Of a DNA stretch of 64,000 bases, positions 56,187 to 64,000 are shown one piece after another. The position numbers and the translations under genes were made by a program. The notes under the pieces are model-generated. The model did not search any database. It was given only the letters and a program-made list of their open reading frames with translations, and was not told the DNA's origin. Within the stretch, counting starts at the first letter, position 1; each line of letters begins with the position of its first letter. Origin of the DNA: Nitrospirota bacterium (GTDB lineage: Bacteria; Nitrospirota; Thermodesulfovibrionia; UBA6902; DSMQ01); NCBI GenBank assembly GCA_016212185.1, contig JACRGX010000002.1, positions 3,760 to 67,759 of the forward strand. The letters are read 5' to 3'.

Positions 56187-57968
56187 TTATTCTTTTTGCA
56201 CTGCCTTAAACTTGCATACATCAAAGCATGCACCGCATTTTATGCATATATCAGCATTTATTGTATGCAGTTTCTTCTTCTCACCGGTCACTGCGCCTGC
56301 CGGGCAGACCCTGAGGCATGCGCCGCAGCCTTTGCAGAACTCTGCCAGGACAGAATACGTCAGCAGGTCTTTGCAGACGCCTGCCGGACATTTCTTGTCT
56401 TTTATATGAGTTATATATTCATCTTTAAAGTAATTTAGAGTGCTGAGAATGGGATTGGGCGCAGTTTGTCCGAGACCGCAGAGGGATGCTGATTTTACAT
56501 CCCGGCTCAGTTGTTCAAGAACTGCAATATCGCCCTCCCTGCCCTCGCCTTTTGTAATCCTCGTTAAAATCTCAAGAAGCCTCTTGGTCCCTATCCTGCA
56601 CGGCACGCATTTCCCGCACGACTCAGCCTGCGTAAATTCAAGAAAGAATTTCGCGACATTGACCATGCAGTCTGTCTCATCAAGGACCACCATTCCCCCG
56701 GAGCCGACAATAGAGCCGACCCTGGCAAGGGATTCATAATCCACCGGCGTATCCAGCAGTGATGCCGGTATGCAGCCGCCGGAAGGCCCCCCTGTCTGCA
56801 CTGCCTTGAATGCCTTATCGCCCTCTATGCCTCCGCCTATGTCATAAATAATTTCCCTTAGCGGAATGCCCATCGGAACTTCTATCAAACCTGAATTCTT
56901 AATCTTCCCTGTCAATGCAAAGACCTTTGTGCCCTTGGATTTCTCAGTGCCGTAAGAGGCAAACCACTTGGCGCCGTTTCTAATAATGACAGGGACATTG
57001 GCAAATGTCTCCACATTGTTGATTACCGTCGGTTTTTCCCAGAGCCCCTGATATACGGGGAACGGCGGCTTGGCCCTCGGCATGCCGCGCTGTCCCTCAA
57101 TAGACGCAATCAGCGCTGTTTCTTCTCCGCATACAAATGCGCCGGCGCCGAGCTTTACCTTTATATCAAAACTGAATTTCGTGCCCATTATATTTTTGCC
57201 TAAAAAGCCTTTTTTCTTTGCATGAGATAGCGCCAGTTTCAGCCTTTCAACTGCAAGAGGATATTCTGCCCTTATGTAAACATAGCCCTTGTCAGCGCCA
57301 ATCGCATAGGCTCCGATAACCATGCCTTCAATGACCGCATGGGGATTGCCTTCAATAACAGACCGGTCCATGAATGCGCCGGGGTCGCCCTCATCCGCAT
57401 TACAGATAATATATTTTTGAGCGGACTGGTTCTTTCTGCATATCTCCCATTTCTGCCCTGTCGGAAAACCCGCTCCGCCCCTGCCCCTCAATCCTGAATC
57501 CTTAATAATGCCTATCGCCTCTTCAGGCGTCATTGCAGTTAAAACTTTTTTTGCCGCTTCATAACCGCGGACTGCCGTGTATGCGTCAATATCCTCGGGG
57601 TCTATGCTGCCGCAGTCAGCAAGCACAACCTTAAACTGCTTTTTATGGAAATTATGATAATCCTCACCTGCAACCCAGTCCTGAACAGCGGTTTTACCAA
57701 TTATGTGCTCTGTGACAATCCTCAGAACCATGTCAGGCTTTATAAATTGATACGTTACTTTTTCATCATTGATAATCACATCTACCAGCACGTCCTTTGC
57801 GCAGAGTCCGCGGCAGCCGACTTTGTGCATGGAACAGTTTTTCTGCACCACGGCGTCTATGCCTGCCGCTTTAATCTCCTTGTTAAAGGCATCCAGCACC
57901 TCAGCGCCTCCGGCGGCAATGCCGCCAGTTCCCATACACACCTTTATAATGGTGTTACTCATCTTCAC
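56187..57968 (-). CDS. NuoF / HndC-like NAD(P)H-binding flavoprotein with fused 2Fe-2S and 2x[4Fe-4S]
   Basis: GRGGAGFPTGQKWE, ESCGKCVPCR, CKGCGACLRVCP...CIKCGACFDVC. Confidence 0.85.
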   Translation of the reverse strand: MKMSNTIIKVCMGTGGIAAGGAEVLDAFNKEIKAAGIDAVVQKNCSMHKVGCRGLCAKDVLVDVIINDEKVTYQFIKPDMVLRIVTEHIIGKTAVQDWVAGEDYHNFHKKQFKVVLADCGSIDPEDIDAYTAVRGYEAAKKVLTAMTPEEAIGIIKDSGLRGRGGAGFPTGQKWEICRKNQSAQKYIICNADEGDPGAFMDRSVIEGNPHAVIEGMVIGAYAIGADKGYVYIRAEYPLAVERLKLALSHAKKKGFLGKNIMGTKFSFDIKVKLGAGAFVCGEETALIASIEGQRGMPRAKPPFPVYQGLWEKPTVINNVETFANVPVIIRNGAKWFASYGTEKSKGTKVFALTGKIKNSGLIEVPMGIPLREIIYDIGGGIEGDKAFKAVQTGGPSGGCIPASLLDTPVDYESLARVGSIVGSGGMVVLDETDCMVNVAKFFLEFTQAESCGKCVPCRIGTKRLLEILTRITKGEGREGDIAVLEQLSRDVKSASLCGLGQTAPNPILSTLNYFKDEYITHIKDKKCPAGVCKDLLTYSVLAEFCKGCGACLRVCPAGAVTGEKKKLHTINADICIKCGACFDVCKFKAVQKE

Positions 57969-58455
57969 CTTTGACGCCTTTCAGCGTCTTTATCTCTTTA
58001 ATCAGCTTGTCCGCAGATGATTTGCCGTAAACTTTTTTATTGATTATAAATACAGGCGCAATACTGCAGGCGCCGACACAGTTAACCTTTTCCACTGTGA
58101 TTTCTTTGTCCTTTGTGGTGTCCTCGTCATCTGACAAGCTAAGCTCCCTTCTCACTCCGTTCAGAAGCCTCTCAGAGCCTTTCACGTGGCAGGCCGTGCC
58201 GCAGCAGGCTGTTATGATGTTTTTGCCCCTCGGCGTTAGATGAAACTGCGCATAAAAAGTTACAACGCCGAAGAACCTGCTTGCAGGGATTTGAAGTTTC
58301 TTTGAAACCCAGTTTACCGCATCCTCAGAAATATAGCCGAGCGACGCTTCTATATCCTGGAGTATGGAGATAATGTTTCCTTCTTCTGCAATATGCTTAT
58401 TAAGAAGTGCATTTAATTTTTTTTCTACATCCAACAATACTTCTCCACGAGCCAT
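57955..58455 (-). CDS. NuoE / HndA-like [2Fe-2S] subunit
   Basis: ACCGTACHVKG...CVGACSIAPV. The ATG at 58455 is preferred over the TTG at 58467. Confidence 0.7.
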   Translation of the reverse strand: MARGEVLLDVEKKLNALLNKHIAEEGNIISILQDIEASLGYISEDAVNWVSKKLQIPASRFFGVVTFYAQFHLTPRGKNIITACCGTACHVKGSERLLNGVRRELSLSDDEDTTKDKEITVEKVNCVGACSIAPVFIINKKVYGKSSADKLIKEIKTLKGVKGEDE

Positions 58456-58606
58456 AGGCAGCACCAAACCTCCATGATACGCAGGGTAAATACTTGTATC
58501 ATTATTGTTGCAGTGATGAGTTTAGAAGGCTTTAAACTTTACCACAGTGTAAAGTTTAGTGTCAAATTAATTTCTTTTTGCTGGGTATAAAATTAACTGA
58601 TAAGGG

Positions 58607-58641
58607 CTGACAGAAGCGCCCTGATAAAAATCTGGCTCCAT
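58607..58641. repeat. 34-bp direct repeat (left copy) flanking the AbiE cassette; a copy of the brnA 3' end
   Basis: ctgacagaagcgccctgataaaaatctggctccat matches 60264..60297 at 33/34 positions. Confidence 0.7.
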
Positions 58642-58704
58642 ACTTGACTATATATCCATTATTCTTTACAATATTAATAAGGATATTGCTTATAAGGATA
58701 ATCT

Positions 58705-59289
58705 ATGAAAAAGATAGAGTCCCTGCTGACATTGCAAAAATCCAAAAGGGATATATTCAGTTTGAATGACCTGAAAAAACTCCTGCGGATTGAGAGCGAC
58801 AACACCGCCTATGTACAGGCAAACAGACTGACATCGGACGGTATTCTGAAAAGAATAACCAAAGGGGTTTACTGCTTAAAGGACAGTAAACCCGATGACT
58901 TTGAGACGGCAAACTTTCTCTACAAGCCTTCATACATCTCTTTGGAATCGGCGTTAGCGTTCTACGGCATCTTGCTGCAGGCGCCTCAGACCATAACCTC
59001 TGTCACACCCAAAAGGGCAAAGAAGATTCATGCCGGGAACAGGGAATTCACTTATTCGCATCTGAATCAGAAGTATTATTCCGACTATATCAGAGAACAA
59101 GGCTTTATTATCTCAACGCCTGAGAAAGCGCTTATTGACACTATTTTTTTTGCCGGTTACGGAAGGATAGTAATACATCCCGAAGAATGGGTACTGAATA
59201 ATATTGATAAAAAGAGATTTAAAAAACTGTCTGAGAAAATTGAGAGCAGGATATTTAGGAATTACTTTAAATCACTAAGCATCTGTTAA
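58705..59289 (+). CDS. abiEi: AbiEi-family antitoxin / transcriptional regulator
   Basis: Lies immediately upstream of the AbiEii nucleotidyltransferase; typical size and N-terminus. Confidence 0.6.
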   Translation: MKKIESLLTLQKSKRDIFSLNDLKKLLRIESDNTAYVQANRLTSDGILKRITKGVYCLKDSKPDDFETANFLYKPSYISLESALAFYGILLQAPQTITSVTPKRAKKIHAGNREFTYSHLNQKYYSDYIREQGFIISTPEKALIDTIFFAGYGRIVIHPEEWVLNNIDKKRFKKLSEKIESRIFRNYFKSLSIC

Positions 59290-59293
59290 AAAT

Positions 59294-60049
59294 ATGCTCA
59301 GTAAAGAACAAATCAGGGAGTTGGCGCAGAAATTTGCCATTGATGAATTCTCTGTTATCAGGGAATATCTGCAAATTCTCTTTCTGTCAGAGCTTTATGA
59401 GCAGAAAGAGAGCTCTAAGATATATTTCAAAGGCGGCACAGCCCTCAGACTGCTTCTTAATTCATTCAGGTTTTCTGAAGACCTGGACTTTACCTCTCTG
59501 AGAACTCCTGATGAGTTAAAAAAAATTCTCGCCAGAGTTATCAGAGGGATAAACCTCATCGTGCCCGCCGCAGAACTCCGTCAGGTCAAAACCAACATCA
59601 ACAGCCTCACAGGTTTTTTGAAATATAAGACTGATGAAATGAAATTCCCGCTCAATATCCATCTGGAGTTTTCTTTAAGGGAAAAACCGCTAACAGAGAA
59701 AGACATCGTTCTTGAGACATTGTTTCCTGTCAGCCCGTACCCTGTTATAAAATGTCTTTCATGGGAAGAAGTCCTCGCGGAAAAAATCAGGGCATTGATG
59801 CACAGGGCAAAAGGCAGGGACCTGTTTGACATCTGGTATCTTCTCTCAAAGGGAACAGAAATTGACTGGATAATGACTGACAAGAAGATGTCCTTCTACA
59901 AGGAAAAAGTTACGCGTGAAGATGTTTTTAGCAAGATAAGCGTCTTTGACCAGAAGATACTGAAATTAGACCTCGGGAAGTTTCTGCCTTTAAGTCAAAG
60001 AAAAATCGCCGTGCATATTAAAGAGATGCTCATGGAGAAGCTGAAATAG
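59294..60049 (+). CDS. abiEii: AbiEii / DUF1814 nucleotidyltransferase toxin
   Basis: IYFKGGTALRLLLNSFRFSEDLDFT. Confidence 0.75.
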   Translation: MLSKEQIRELAQKFAIDEFSVIREYLQILFLSELYEQKESSKIYFKGGTALRLLLNSFRFSEDLDFTSLRTPDELKKILARVIRGINLIVPAAELRQVKTNINSLTGFLKYKTDEMKFPLNIHLEFSLREKPLTEKDIVLETLFPVSPYPVIKCLSWEEVLAEKIRALMHRAKGRDLFDIWYLLSKGTEIDWIMTDKKMSFYKEKVTREDVFSKISVFDQKILKLDLGKFLPLSQRKIAVHIKEMLMEKLK

Positions 60050-60057
60050 AGAATAGA

Positions 60058-60330
60058 TTGATGCTAAAAGCAATGACAAAGAAAAAACCGGCTAAAAGCA
60101 CAAGAGAATTTGACAGGCGTTTTGATGCCGGAGAGGACATTCATGACCTTTTAGATATGTCTAAGGCTGTAGTGGTCCGTCACGGCAAAAAAGTGCGCAT
60201 CACGCTGGATATTGCAGAATCTCTTGTCAAAGAGATTGACGATGTGCGCAAAAAGATAGGAGTTGACAGGAGCGCCCTGATAAAAATCTGGCTCCATGAA
60301 AAAGTAAAACAGGAAAAATCTGCCGCCTGA
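60058..60330 (+). CDS. BrnA-like (RHH) antitoxin with no cognate toxin gene
   Basis: KKVRITLDIAESLVKEIDDVRKKIGVDRSALIKIWLHEK; no brnT-like gene upstream. Confidence 0.5.
   Translation: MMLKAMTKKKPAKSTREFDRRFDAGEDIHDLLDMSKAVVVRHGKKVRITLDIAESLVKEIDDVRKKIGVDRSALIKIWLHEKVKQEKSAA
60264..60297. repeat. 34-bp direct repeat (right copy), inside the 3' end of the brnA-like CDS
   Basis: tgacaggagcgccctgataaaaatctggctccat. Confidence 0.7.
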
Positions 60331-60446
60331 ATTTTGAAGGTGTTTGAAAGAATGTTTGGGGTATTACGCTTTATCGGCAAAGCCGAAGCAAAAAAAAGGA
60401 AACCATTCCCTTGTCAAAAATGGTCTCCCTTGAATAATTTATTAAG

Positions 60447-61337
60447 TTATGGTGTAACCTGCACAGTTGTGCCAGATGCCTTACAGTTATTCCTCTCGTT
60501 GCTTTCAATCACTGCATTTGTGTCATCCGCGCAGGCAAGGAGGTAATATGTCTCTTGAGGCATATTTGCCGGAATAGTCACAGTTACACTTCTTATACCG
60601 CGCGAGGTTTCGCCCGGGTTCAGTACAGGCACCGCCCTGCTGCCGGTCAGGCGTCTATCTTTAGCGCTTATGTACTTGTTAGTGGAAAGGTAATAGCGCG
60701 TTGTAGATACGCCTGAGGCTATATTCCCCTGATTCTTAACTGTATCACTAAGTTTAAAACTGCTCCCGGCTGCAGCAGTTGTAGGCGGATTGGTTACAGA
60801 TATTTCAATAAGGTCAACTGCCTGACAATTACTGTCAGCAGAATCTATTGCCCCATCGCAGTCATTGTCAATTAAATCACTGCATGCAGGGTCGCCAAAC
60901 GGCCCTTCCACAGCGCCGGGGAAGACATTAGGATTACTGTCGTCACAATCCACAGGACCGCAAGTACCGCCTTCTGCTGCATATCCGTCTCCATCATTAT
61001 CTGTGCATTGTTCCGGATACTCATCAGCGCCAATGTCCGCTGCACTGTTGATTATCCTCGCCTCCCCGTCACAATCTGTAACCGGCAGTGATGGAGCAGT
61101 ATTCACACCCTTGTCAATGCACGGCGAGCCTGCCTGAAGATGAAGATGATTGCTTGAAGTAAGGACTATCAGACAATCTGCCTGAATGTTATTGCCCTGA
61201 CTATAATTATCAGTATCAGTTACAACAAGGTCTTCACTCATTGCCGTAACAAGGTCTGCGTTAAGACCGAGATCATTATTAAAAAGATTTACCGCAGCAT
61301 AAAATTCATTATATCTTATAGGTACTATAAGAATTTT
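60447..61337 (-). pseudogene. C-terminal fragment of a secreted beta-helix / MopE-motif / CARDB-domain protein (no start codon, no signal peptide)
   Basis: The frame is open from the stop at 61338..61340 with no ATG/GTG/TTG before ...DIGADEY (beta-helix end), DNDGDGYA...GPVDCDDSNP (MopE-like) and a CARDB-like C-terminus. Confidence 0.5.
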
Positions 61338-61461
61338 TTATAATGGGTTTGTGCAAGGAGTGGATTGGGGTATTGCTTATTTGGTTCGTTTAAACAATTT
61401 CTAAAAATTTTTGTGGCGTTAATATCTGAAGGTCAAACGGTAACCGGTATCAATAACTATT

Positions 61462-61650
61462 TTATTTCTTTTTCCCGTAGGTTTTTCTCCTTACCGTCTT
61501 AACTGCATTATCAATGTCTTTCATTGTCAGCTTAGTCTTTCTAAATGCTTCTGCAGCCACTTTAAATGCCGCATCAAGCCTGTCCTCAGGAGAAAGCACG
61601 GAAAGGATGTAATCTTCCGGATTTATTTTCCTTACTGCAGCGATACCCAT
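61462..61650 (-). CDS. Small hypothetical protein (62 aa)
   Basis: Start at ATG 61650 with a GGGAGG RBS. The ORF-track N-terminal extension is translation through the hairpin repeats. Confidence 0.4.
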   Translation of the reverse strand: MGIAAVRKINPEDYILSVLSPEDRLDAAFKVAAEAFRKTKLTMKDIDNAVKTVRRKTYGKKK

Positions 61651-61677
61651 TTTAAACACCTCCCTCTCGGTAATTAT

Positions 61678-61717
61678 TATTGATCTTCCCTGTGGCGAGA
61701 CCACAGGGAATCTAATG
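61678..61717 (-). repeat. Leader hairpin element (attgatcttccctgtggcgagaccacagggaatctaatg)
   Basis: 2 mismatches in 35 nt versus the copy at 50146..50195. Confidence 0.6.
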
Positions 61718-61740
61718 TAAGGAATTTCTTTATCATATTC

Positions 61741-61792
61741 GCTCGCTTGACCCCGTAGCAAGACCACGGGGAATACGCTCGCTATCCATTTA
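61741..61792 (-). repeat. Leader hairpin element, degenerate copy (gcttgaccccgtagcaagaccacggggaatacgctcgctatccattta)
   Basis: Its 5' half matches the 5' half of the 50146 copy. Confidence 0.55.
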
Positions 61793-61912
61793 TTTTATAT
61801 TAAAATATTTACTTTTTCTATTATAATTTTTTGACTATAGTTTTTGACTTTGTCAACTGTTTGTAAATAGTCAAAACTTTATGTTAATCTTTTAGACCTT
61901 CCGGAGAAACTT

Positions 61913-62461
61913 ATGGTAAAAAACGACCGCTGGGTTAAAGAGATGGCTGAAAAGGGGATGATAACGCCCTTTGCGGAAAATCAGGTGCGTGAAGGCGTAA
62001 TCTCCTACGGCATAAGCGCCTATGGTTATGACATGCGGATAACCGATAAGTTCAAGATTTTCACTAATGTAAATTCAGCAATAATTGACCCGAAGAAATT
62101 TGACCCAAACAGCCTTATTGATTTTAAAGGGAACGTCTGCATTATCCCTCCTAATTCCTTTGTGCTTGCTACATCCGTTGAATACTTCCACATCCCGCGG
62201 GATGTTATAGTCATCTGCCTTGGCAAATCCACTTATGCACGGTGCGGCATTGTTGTCAATGTAACGCCGCTTGAGCCTGAATGGGAAGGCCATGTCACTA
62301 TTGAAATCTCAAACACAACCCCCCTGCCTGCAAAAATATATGCAAACGAAGGCATTGCGCAGGTTATTTTTTTAGGCGCAGAGGAGATGTGCAGGGTTTC
62401 ATATAAAGACAAGGCCGGGAAATATCAGGCGCAGAAGGGGATAACGCTGCCAAAAATATAA
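61913..62461 (+). CDS. dcd: dCTP deaminase
   Basis: [20 protein letters not shown]...[10 protein letters not shown]. Confidence 0.85.
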   Translation: MVKNDRWVKEMAEKGMITPFAENQVREGVISYGISAYGYDMRITDKFKIFTNVNSAIIDPKKFDPNSLIDFKGNVCIIPPNSFVLATSVEYFHIPRDVIVICLGKSTYARCGIVVNVTPLEPEWEGHVTIEISNTTPLPAKIYANEGIAQVIFLGAEEMCRVSYKDKAGKYQAQKGITLPKI

Positions 62462-62491
62462 CAGTGAACGGTGAACAGTGAACAGTGAACG
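62461..62491. repeat. (GTGAACA)4 heptamer tandem tract between dcd and pyrF
   Basis: acagtgaacggtgaacagtgaacagtgaacg. Confidence 0.8.
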
Positions 62492-63191
62492 AATCATCCT
62501 TGCCCTTGATGTATCGGATTTTGATGATGCCATGAGCATCGTCAACAAATTCAAAGACCACATTGATATTTTTAAGGTAGGCTCCGAGCTTTTTACAGCA
62601 GTCGGTCCCAAAATAATTGAAGAAATTAATTCAATAGGGAAAAAGGTCTTTCTTGACCTGAAATATCACGATATTCCAAACACGGTATCAAAAACTGCGT
62701 CAGTGGTATCAAGGCTCGGGGTCTTCATGTTCAATGTTCATACTCTCGGAGGGCTTGAGATGATGAAGCAGACAGCAGACACACTTACAAAAATGTCCCT
62801 TAAACACAATATTCCACAACCAAGACTACTCGGCGTAACAATTCTCACAAGCATTGACCAGAAAACGCTGACAGACGAACTCGGGATAGGGCAAAGGATG
62901 AAAACGCAGGTTAAACACCTTGCAGGGCTTGCGCTCAAGGCAGGGCTTGATGGTGTTGTTGCATCCCCTGAAGATATTGAGTCAATACGGTCGCACTGCG
63001 GAAAAGGATTTTTAATCGTCACTCCGGGAATCAGACCCTCGTGGGCGCCTATGGACGACCAGAAACGGACTATGACTCCAAAGGAGGCGCTAAACCTCGG
63101 CGCTGATTACATCGTCATAGGAAGAGCGGTCCTGGCACAAGCCGACCCGCTTACAGCATTAGAGAAGATTTTAGAGGAGTTAAGAGGTTAA
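62478..63191 (+). CDS. pyrF: Orotidine-5'-phosphate decarboxylase
   Basis: ILALDVSDFDDAMSIV...IFKVGSELF...DLKYHDIPNT. Confidence 0.85.
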   Translation: MNSERIILALDVSDFDDAMSIVNKFKDHIDIFKVGSELFTAVGPKIIEEINSIGKKVFLDLKYHDIPNTVSKTASVVSRLGVFMFNVHTLGGLEMMKQTADTLTKMSLKHNIPQPRLLGVTILTSIDQKTLTDELGIGQRMKTQVKHLAGLALKAGLDGVVASPEDIESIRSHCGKGFLIVTPGIRPSWAPMDDQKRTMTPKEALNLGADYIVIGRAVLAQADPLTALEKILEELRG

Positions 63192-63197
63192 GATTAG

Positions 63198-63425
63198 TGG
63201 TCAGAGAAAAATCCTGATGGACGCTGGCGTGCATTTGATTACGAAGAACTAATAAACCGTGACAAAGCAAGCCTCGACATCTTCTGGCTCAAAGACAAAA
63301 GCCTTGAAGATTCCGAAAATCTACCCGAACCCGACATCATCGCCTGCGAAATTGTTGAAGACCTTGAATCAGCGATAGAGCAATTCAAACTTATTACTGA
63401 AGATTTAGGTGGGGAAAAACTTTAA
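63198..63425 (+). pseudogene. Start-less 75-codon remnant resembling the C-terminus of a type I restriction-modification HsdM subunit
   Basis: RWRAFDYEELINRDKASLDIFWLKDKSLEDSENLPEPDIIACEIVEDLESAIEQF. Begins directly after a TAG with no start codon. The HsdM assignment is from memory. Confidence 0.45.
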
Positions 63426-63502
63426 GGCTTTATTGAAACAAACAATACAAAAAATGGTATATTCTTTAGAGTTTGAATTATTTTTTGCAAGGAGACAGAA
63501 AA

Positions 63503-63925
63503 ATGGCAAATGCAAAAGTTACCCTTGTTGACGGGATGCAATTTGTTGCCACTGCAGATTCAGGACATGCGGTAGTTATGGACAGCACGCAAAATGTCGG
63601 AGGGAATAATACCGGTTCAAGACCCATGGAGCTTCTTCTGATGGCATTCGGCGGCTGTTCGGGGATGGATGTCATCTCAATCTTAAGAAAGAAAAAACAG
63701 GATGTAAGGAAATTTGAGATTTATGTAAAGGGCGAAAAAGCTGAGACTGACCCGCATTATTACACTGACCTGCATATTGAATATGTTGTTACAGGCAAAG
63801 ACATTTCCGAAGACGCGGTAAAACGCGCGGTTGAACTTTCACTTGAGAAATACTGTTCTGTCGGCGCAACGCTCGGCAAGGCGGCAAAGATAACGCATTC
63901 GTATAAGATTGTTAAAGAGGATTGA
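63503..63925 (+). CDS. OsmC / Ohr-family peroxiredoxin-like protein
   Basis: ELLLMAFGGCSGMDV; AAGGAG RBS before the ATG at 63503. Confidence 0.8.
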   Translation: MANAKVTLVDGMQFVATADSGHAVVMDSTQNVGGNNTGSRPMELLLMAFGGCSGMDVISILRKKKQDVRKFEIYVKGEKAETDPHYYTDLHIEYVVTGKDISEDAVKRAVELSLEKYCSVGATLGKAAKITHSYKIVKED

Positions 63926-64000
63926 AAAAAATGCACTTAGTATTTAGCATAAGGCACAGCAGCCTTCAAAATCTTTAGAAAGCAGCAACGATTATTATAT

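Noticed and set aside
61462-61767. N-terminal 39 codons of the 101-aa ORF
   Set aside because: They are read through the tandem leader-hairpin repeats from a GTG. The internal ATG at 61650 with a GGGAGG RBS is the credible start.
61678-61792. CRISPR-like repeat-spacer-repeat
   Set aside because: Only two adjacent, mutually degenerate copies (about 23/35 identity) and one distant copy. There is no array of three or more near-identical repeats and no cas genes in the window.

Overview
AT-rich 64-kb chromosomal window from an anaerobic, selenocysteine-using sulfate reducer. All calls below come from reading the six-frame translations and the nucleotide sequence by eye; no searches or folding were run, so family names are memory-based. 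The core of the window is a complete dissimilatory sulfate-reduction locus on the minus strand: adk, sat, aprBA, qmoABC and hppA. The left third holds cell-envelope and glycosylation genes (PBP1A, ThiL, an S2P protease, a DUF2064 plus processive GT2 pair, an outer-membrane barrel, a large polytopic membrane protein, a small GT2) and an unusual biosynthetic pair: one ORF fusing a PqqD-like domain, a radical SAM/SPASM domain and a complete ArsM-type methyltransferase, followed by a B12-binding radical SAM enzyme. A toxin-antitoxin islet (MNT/HEPN-like, VapBC, MntA/HepT, VapBC, two lipoproteins) separates that pair from the sulfate-reduction locus. One of the lipoproteins has a (CTGT)8 tract in its 5' end that currently puts its signal peptide out of frame. 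The right half contains two paralogous NuoE/NuoF/FdhA-like operons on opposite strands. One has a bona fide formate dehydrogenase alpha subunit with an in-frame TGA (selenocysteine) that the ORF track split in two. The other has a degenerate FdhA/NuoG-like subunit with no Mo ligand; its operon is preceded by a DRTGG / HATPase / PHP module and by receiver domains fused to a NuoE-like protein and to a GcvH-like domain. Also present are a dihaem cytochrome c, a large BNR-repeat secreted protein, HicAB, aroE, a PDZ/radical-SAM-like protein, pgsA, fhs, a cNMP-binding protein, an AbiEi/AbiEii cassette flanked by 34-bp direct repeats, an orphan BrnA-like antitoxin, a CARDB-protein fragment, dcd, pyrF, an HsdM-like C-terminal remnant and OsmC. 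The intergenic DNA is crowded with several distinct repeat families. Some of these are inserted in-frame into coding sequences, and some are more conserved between the two paralogous operons than the genes themselves. No tRNA, rRNA or CRISPR array was seen.
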